A DNA stretch of 64,000 nt from Sedimentisphaerales bacterium (GTDB taxonomy: Bacteria > Planctomycetota > Phycisphaerae > Sedimentisphaerales > SM23-30). Under the pieces are notes generated by a model. That model was given only the letters and a program-made list of their open reading frames with translations, was not told the DNA's origin and did not search any database. Positions 60,301-64,000 of the stretch are shown in pieces. Location of the stretch: the NCBI GenBank assembly GCA_963663805.2, contig CAXXMR010000014.1, positions 1 to 64,000 of the forward strand, in the 5' to 3' direction. Position numbers and translations under genes: made by a program. Within the stretch, counting starts at the first letter, position 1; each line of letters begins with the position of its first letter.

Positions 60301-61040
60301 TCTGCCGCGGTGGTTTCGGTGTCCTGACGAAGTTGATGATATTCGGAAAGATGCTGTATCAGACGCAGCTCTTTCAGCCGGGTGCTGTAAGTTTGATAAT
60401 TGCGAGCCTTGCCCGCCTGCACCTTTATAGAACGCAAACGCTTTTCCAGTTCGCCGATAACATCGGTCAAGCGCAGCAGATTTTGCTCGGTCCGTTCAAG
60501 TTTTCGCAGGGCTTCTTTTTTGCGTGCCTTATAGCGACTGATGCCGGCGGCTTCTTCGAAAATCGAACGACGGTCCTGCGGTGACGCCTGGAGCAGAACC
60601 GCGACTTTACCCTGTTCGATAATGCTGTAAGCGTCAGTACCGATGCCGGTATCGAGAAATGTCTCGCGAATGTCCTTGAGTCGGCAGGCCTTGTTGTTGA
60701 GCAGATATTCACTGTCGCCGCTGCGATAGAGCCGACGGGTAACGGCGACTTCGTTTTCGTCGGTTTTGAGAATTGACTGGCTGTTTTCAAAAACGAGCGT
60801 CACCTCAGCCATGCTGCTGCTTTTGCGAGTACTCGAGCCGTTGAAGATGACATCGAGCATCTGGCCGCCGCGAAGACTCTTGGCGCTTTGTTCGCCCAAT
60901 ACCCATCGTACCGCGTCAACAATATTGCTTTTCCCGCAGCCGTTGGGCCCGACAACAACAGTAACCCCATCCTCAAAATCGAACGCGGTTTTATCGGCGA
61001 AACTCTTGAAACCGTTAAGAATTATTTTCTTTAACTTCAT
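57303..61040 (-). CDS. smc: Chromosome segregation protein SMC
   Basis: GFKSFA, GPNGCGKSN, coiled coils, hinge, LSGGEK, LDEVDAALD. Confidence 0.98.
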   Translation of the reverse strand: MKLKKIILNGFKSFADKTAFDFEDGVTVVVGPNGCGKSNIVDAVRWVLGEQSAKSLRGGQMLDVIFNGSSTRKSSSMAEVTLVFENSQSILKTDENEVAVTRRLYRSGDSEYLLNNKACRLKDIRETFLDTGIGTDAYSIIEQGKVAVLLQASPQDRRSIFEEAAGISRYKARKKEALRKLERTEQNLLRLTDVIGELEKRLRSIKVQAGKARNYQTYSTRLKELRLIQHLSEYHQLRQDTETTAAELEAFQDELAGVNAENVRTQAQLSNIEHDLDHLEQQIQEHERELLQCTAQISTQEDRIEMGQRRCDELNQQLTRTRQQMHNLRIQNRQLQQDSAADRQQLEEIEEQLKTLQAELENLQTLRQDKALQLAESRAQLDDEKSGLIDIVRRTAQLHNEIQSLDVRRDSLSGQKDRLSDRSSQIADELTSLLTERAQYEEKLEQINVLRSESQEQLENKRQQLAQLGAERLACSEQLSAAKEYRSGLISRRQVLSDMEAKLEGVDKGVRQILEARALDPERYYYVRGMVAELLQAEVKYASIIEAALGERAQHLVAADSRLVIEDSDNLDELPGRVQIICLDRVGPYTNGFDLDNRPEVQARLIDLVKFSEENQKLAWHLLGKTILVDNIASAVKLAEQAPAGYRWVTLRGELLEADGTIHLGPQTAHTGLISRKSELRELDHGLLEAQDRIGELQNQTEQYATQADHLEKNLQELRTAIYEISTEEVETRGRLDRVDQNVQRLKQESPLIESEIATLEEQIEQAINKQSQSEQNLSELQTVNQQRQERVDLLEEQIRLLASEDQVVLDQITDMKVSVGQTQQKRLALRERISSIETQIRQFDHTMQSLRTDLNNAQSNILSSQRAILTAESALAELFMRRQEHHGQTVGLRKERDRQREEMEELRRLAQECHLKHEQVQENCHQAQMKLNEYRLRNESLIEKVREELSLDLVEYYQKQIELQKQARLAAERPGEPTNETPETEQPAAEQIADNDAPAEEESEAEILQRQFLSGAIDWQAVKAEIDDLRGKIERLGNINLDAITEQEELEKRADYLNQQATDLMDSREQLESLINRINEESVTRFQETFDAIRINFAELFRKLFGGGKAEITLLDPENILECGIEIVARPPGKQPQSISLLSGGEKTMTAVALLLAVFKSKPSPFCLLDEVDAALDEANNERFNLVIKEFLNTSQFVVITHARRTMSIADVIYGVTMQEQGVSKKVSVKFATDDDTDDGTAVA

Positions 61041-61106
61041 CTGACCTTTACGTCCTCCGTGACTTATCTTAGGGCCGCTCCGGGCCTTAGTCGTTACTTA
61101 ATCATC

Positions 61107-62747
61107 TTACAATCCCGGCAGGGGCATTCGCTCCAGCATGTACTTGGCTTCAATCATATTCTGCTGGTCGGCGCTGAGCTGATACAGCAGCCCGATTATC
61201 TGGGAAAAACCCATCCCCCGCCGGCTCTTATCCTTATCAGGCAGAGTCAGCCGGGCGACAAAATCGGCTACCAGCCGGGAAGATTCCACGGTAATGCCGT
61301 CCAGCCGGCCTTTTTCGGTGATAACAATCTTCACATTTTCGCTGCCGGTCGGGGCGTTTATCATAACAGTTCCGTCCGGCGATTCATAGAATACATTGTC
61401 AGCCAATTTCATTTTCGTGCCGAACAGTGCTATTCTTGGCTCGGTAGTGGCCCATACTCCGATGAGGTCTTCGCCGGCGGAAGCGACCAAGTCAAGCTGG
61501 AAGTGGCCGGGCATATTGATGGAACGGACCCGACTGTCATTGGCATTACGCAGACCTTCATAGGCGATGAGCCTCAGACGAGCGTCCTGGTTGTCGAGCA
61601 TGTCGCTAAGGGTTCTTCTGACACTTAAATCTTCGGCATGGCGGGTAAGCGTCTGAGCAGCCTGAAGCTGCAAGGGGTTATCTTTTTGTTTGGCAATCTT
61701 TATCATGGTGTCCAGGGCGGCGAAGTCCTCCAGTTCGAGGGCGGCCTGGGCAGCCTGGAAGGTTAATTGGTCGGAACCTTCCTGGTAATGTCTGGAAATG
61801 CTGGCCAAGGCCCCTCTGCCAATACCCTGCCAGAGCAGTGATGCCAGGGGCGGTTCAATCTGTCCGTCGGTGAGCCACTGGTCAATATTTCGCAGGGTCA
61901 TTTGTTCAAAACCGCTGCTTTCCTGGATATACAGGGCCATCACCAGCGAAATGAAATACTGGTAGCGGTCGCGGTATTCGTCGGGCAGGGTAACCATAAT
62001 AAATTCTCGACCGGTGGCATTTGCAACCTTGGGTCGTTCATCCCGGCCAAATCGGGTGTTTATCCGTCGCTGGATTTGCTGGGCGATACGATAATCGGGG
62101 TTTATCAGGGTCAGGGCGATTTGTCGGTCATATTTTGAAAGCCCTCCGCCAAGCACCAGTCCGTTTCGCGGGTCGGCCTTCTGGTTAGGTTCAGGCCCTA
62201 TGGGAAAAGGATTTACAAACATTGGTCCGCCCGCCAGGGCTGCGACTCGACCGGCGTCGGCCCCGAATCTGCCCGAAAAAAACTGTCTCATTTCGGTACG
62301 AAGCAGGAAACCACCCTGGAGGGAAGTTGTCTGGGTACCCTGGATGGGCCGGACCTGAACATCAAATCGAATCCCTTCGGGGGCTCCGGCGGGCACCAGG
62401 CCGGTGACTTCTACCGCGGCGGTATTGCGAGAATCGAAAATCTGCTCAGCCGTAAGTTCCTGGTATTCCTCCGACATGAATTGCTTCAGGTCATTTTGGC
62501 GAATCTGTTGAATAAGATAGGCTTTGGTGGTGGGGTCACACTCGCTGGAGCCGGTTCCGGGCAGCCCCCAGACCAGCGAATAGCCGCTTACACGTACAGC
62601 GGCGTAGCCGGTCAATTCGCAAAGAGAGCCGATGGTGTCCTGAAGAGGGTCAATTTTTGATGGTTTTTTGTTGTCCTGGGCGTCCCGAGCGGGGTTACAT
62701 CCCGAAAAGGCCAGTAAAATCAGGGTAAGCGGCACAATTAGCTTCAT
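61107..62747 (-). CDS. FlgI (flagellar P-ring)-like lipoprotein with HEAT-like C-terminus
   Basis: Lipobox FSGC; V.GY.LV.GL.GTG, N.AAV.V...P, FDV.V, SLQGG.L motifs. Confidence 0.72.
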   Translation of the reverse strand: MKLIVPLTLILLAFSGCNPARDAQDNKKPSKIDPLQDTIGSLCELTGYAAVRVSGYSLVWGLPGTGSSECDPTTKAYLIQQIRQNDLKQFMSEEYQELTAEQIFDSRNTAAVEVTGLVPAGAPEGIRFDVQVRPIQGTQTTSLQGGFLLRTEMRQFFSGRFGADAGRVAALAGGPMFVNPFPIGPEPNQKADPRNGLVLGGGLSKYDRQIALTLINPDYRIAQQIQRRINTRFGRDERPKVANATGREFIMVTLPDEYRDRYQYFISLVMALYIQESSGFEQMTLRNIDQWLTDGQIEPPLASLLWQGIGRGALASISRHYQEGSDQLTFQAAQAALELEDFAALDTMIKIAKQKDNPLQLQAAQTLTRHAEDLSVRRTLSDMLDNQDARLRLIAYEGLRNANDSRVRSINMPGHFQLDLVASAGEDLIGVWATTEPRIALFGTKMKLADNVFYESPDGTVMINAPTGSENVKIVITEKGRLDGITVESSRLVADFVARLTLPDKDKSRRGMGFSQIIGLLYQLSADQQNMIEAKYMLERMPLPGL

Positions 62748-63038
62748 AGCGTAACCATTTTTACTATAGTGGTTTATATTCGGCGAGTTAAACGGCACTA
62801 TATTATATTTATACTTATCGGACCATTACGTTGGCCGTCTTCAGGTTTTGGGTAAATTTTTCCCAACAAGCCAGAAGGATAGTTTTTACCCCCCAAAACG
62901 TCAAGATTATTCGACCAGCAACTCCCAAAAGGTGGGCGACATTTATTTCTGGCGATACAGAGCAACAGATTTTCAGGCAGAAACAGGATTGAAATGTAAA
63001 TCTGACATCGTACGGGTACGATTCATGACTTATGTTGC

Positions 63039-63929
63039 TCAGTTTTCGTATTGTTCCGGCGTGGGAGTTGGTGCCGGGGCAAGCGGTCGAGCGAAGGGGG
63101 TGGCTTTTTCGAGACGTTTTTTGATTATCCGCTGGGACTGGCAGCTGCGAATCTGGGCGGCAGTCAGGATTAGCAGGGAGAACAGCCACATGCCGGAAAA
63201 TCGGGTGTAATATACCAGGGCAGCGATAAAACTGGGCTCGGAATTCACACTATGATAATGCTGAGTCAGTTCATCGTAGCCAAAAATCGCACTGGGGACA
63301 TTGGGGCAAAATGCCGCCTGCCACGGGACCAGCAGGACCATAAGCAGCAGGGAAAGGAAAAACGCTTTGCTGGCGGGAGTCAGGCCGCCCAGATGGCCAA
63401 CCAAGGCGATTTTAACCTCTACCAGCAGTACCAGACAATAAAGTACTCCTCCAAAAGCCAGGGTTACCCGACATATCGGCAATACGAGTTTGATGCCCTC
63501 GACCAGCACGGTTTCGCGCGGACGGGGCGGGGTGGTCGGCTGCTGTTCCATTCTGGGCAAAAACGGGGGTGTCATAAAGGGCTTTCCGGGCGGGGGGACA
63601 AGTCCTTCTGACTTTTTCTCGTCGGGAGCGGCGGGGACGGCTTCTGAAGGCTGAGCCGGGGCTGTTGCGAGCTTCTCATCGTCAATCAAAAGCCAGCCGT
63701 CAAATGAGCGAGCCTGGCCCGGATAGTTCATCCAGACGCCTTTGTCCCGGCCCATTCCCAAGGTATCATCGATAGTGCCGCGGTCGACAATCCAGAAACA
63801 AACTCCCAGAACTATCAAAGAAAGGAGTATCAGCCAGAAAAAGATGTTCCGGGCGGACTTCAAAACCGCCAGGGCTTCCTGGGCATCATTTCTATCCACG
63901 CAAAGGCAGTTATCATAATTCTGGGCCAT
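63039..63929 (-). CDS. Hypothetical membrane protein with Pro-rich loop
   Basis: 296 aa; about four TMs; RBS GGAG upstream. Confidence 0.75.
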   Translation of the reverse strand: MAQNYDNCLCVDRNDAQEALAVLKSARNIFFWLILLSLIVLGVCFWIVDRGTIDDTLGMGRDKGVWMNYPGQARSFDGWLLIDDEKLATAPAQPSEAVPAAPDEKKSEGLVPPPGKPFMTPPFLPRMEQQPTTPPRPRETVLVEGIKLVLPICRVTLAFGGVLYCLVLLVEVKIALVGHLGGLTPASKAFFLSLLLMVLLVPWQAAFCPNVPSAIFGYDELTQHYHSVNSEPSFIAALVYYTRFSGMWLFSLLILTAAQIRSCQSQRIIKKRLEKATPFARPLAPAPTPTPEQYEN

Positions 63930-64000
63930 CAGAGATACTCCGTTTTTTGTAAAGTGTTGCTATTTAACACCATCTGAGACATGCCTATATGATAAAGAGC

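Overview
Bacterial chromosomal window, most likely from an anaerobic Planctomycetota (Phycisphaerae-like) genome. This is inferred from a LEPR-XLL-type protein, a GLUG/dockerin-like remnant, an FlgI-like gene beside smc, and a 2-oxoacid:ferredoxin oxidoreductase. Core genes include a GT4/GH57/debranching-enzyme glycogen cluster, a four-subunit Vor-type oxidoreductase, purH, polA, smc and two aminotransferases. Accessory content includes an AT-rich 1390-aa STAND/NACHT-like NTPase with helical repeats, three paralogous FN3 proteins and an orphan MNT antitoxin. There are two IS66 elements with mappable ends: one splits a lipoprotein signal peptide, the other splits a terminator. An AT-rich lipoprotein cassette is bracketed by modular 7-bp-period repeats, next to a non-coding 21-bp palindromic array. 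The strongest novelty candidate is in the chemotaxis block: a predicted exported protein fusing a dCache sensor to a CheD-like Cys/His deamidase domain, encoded between cheW and an MCP and near an MCP with an extracytoplasmic CZB domain. No rRNA, tRNA or CRISPR array was recognised. All calls are by eye, without database searches.
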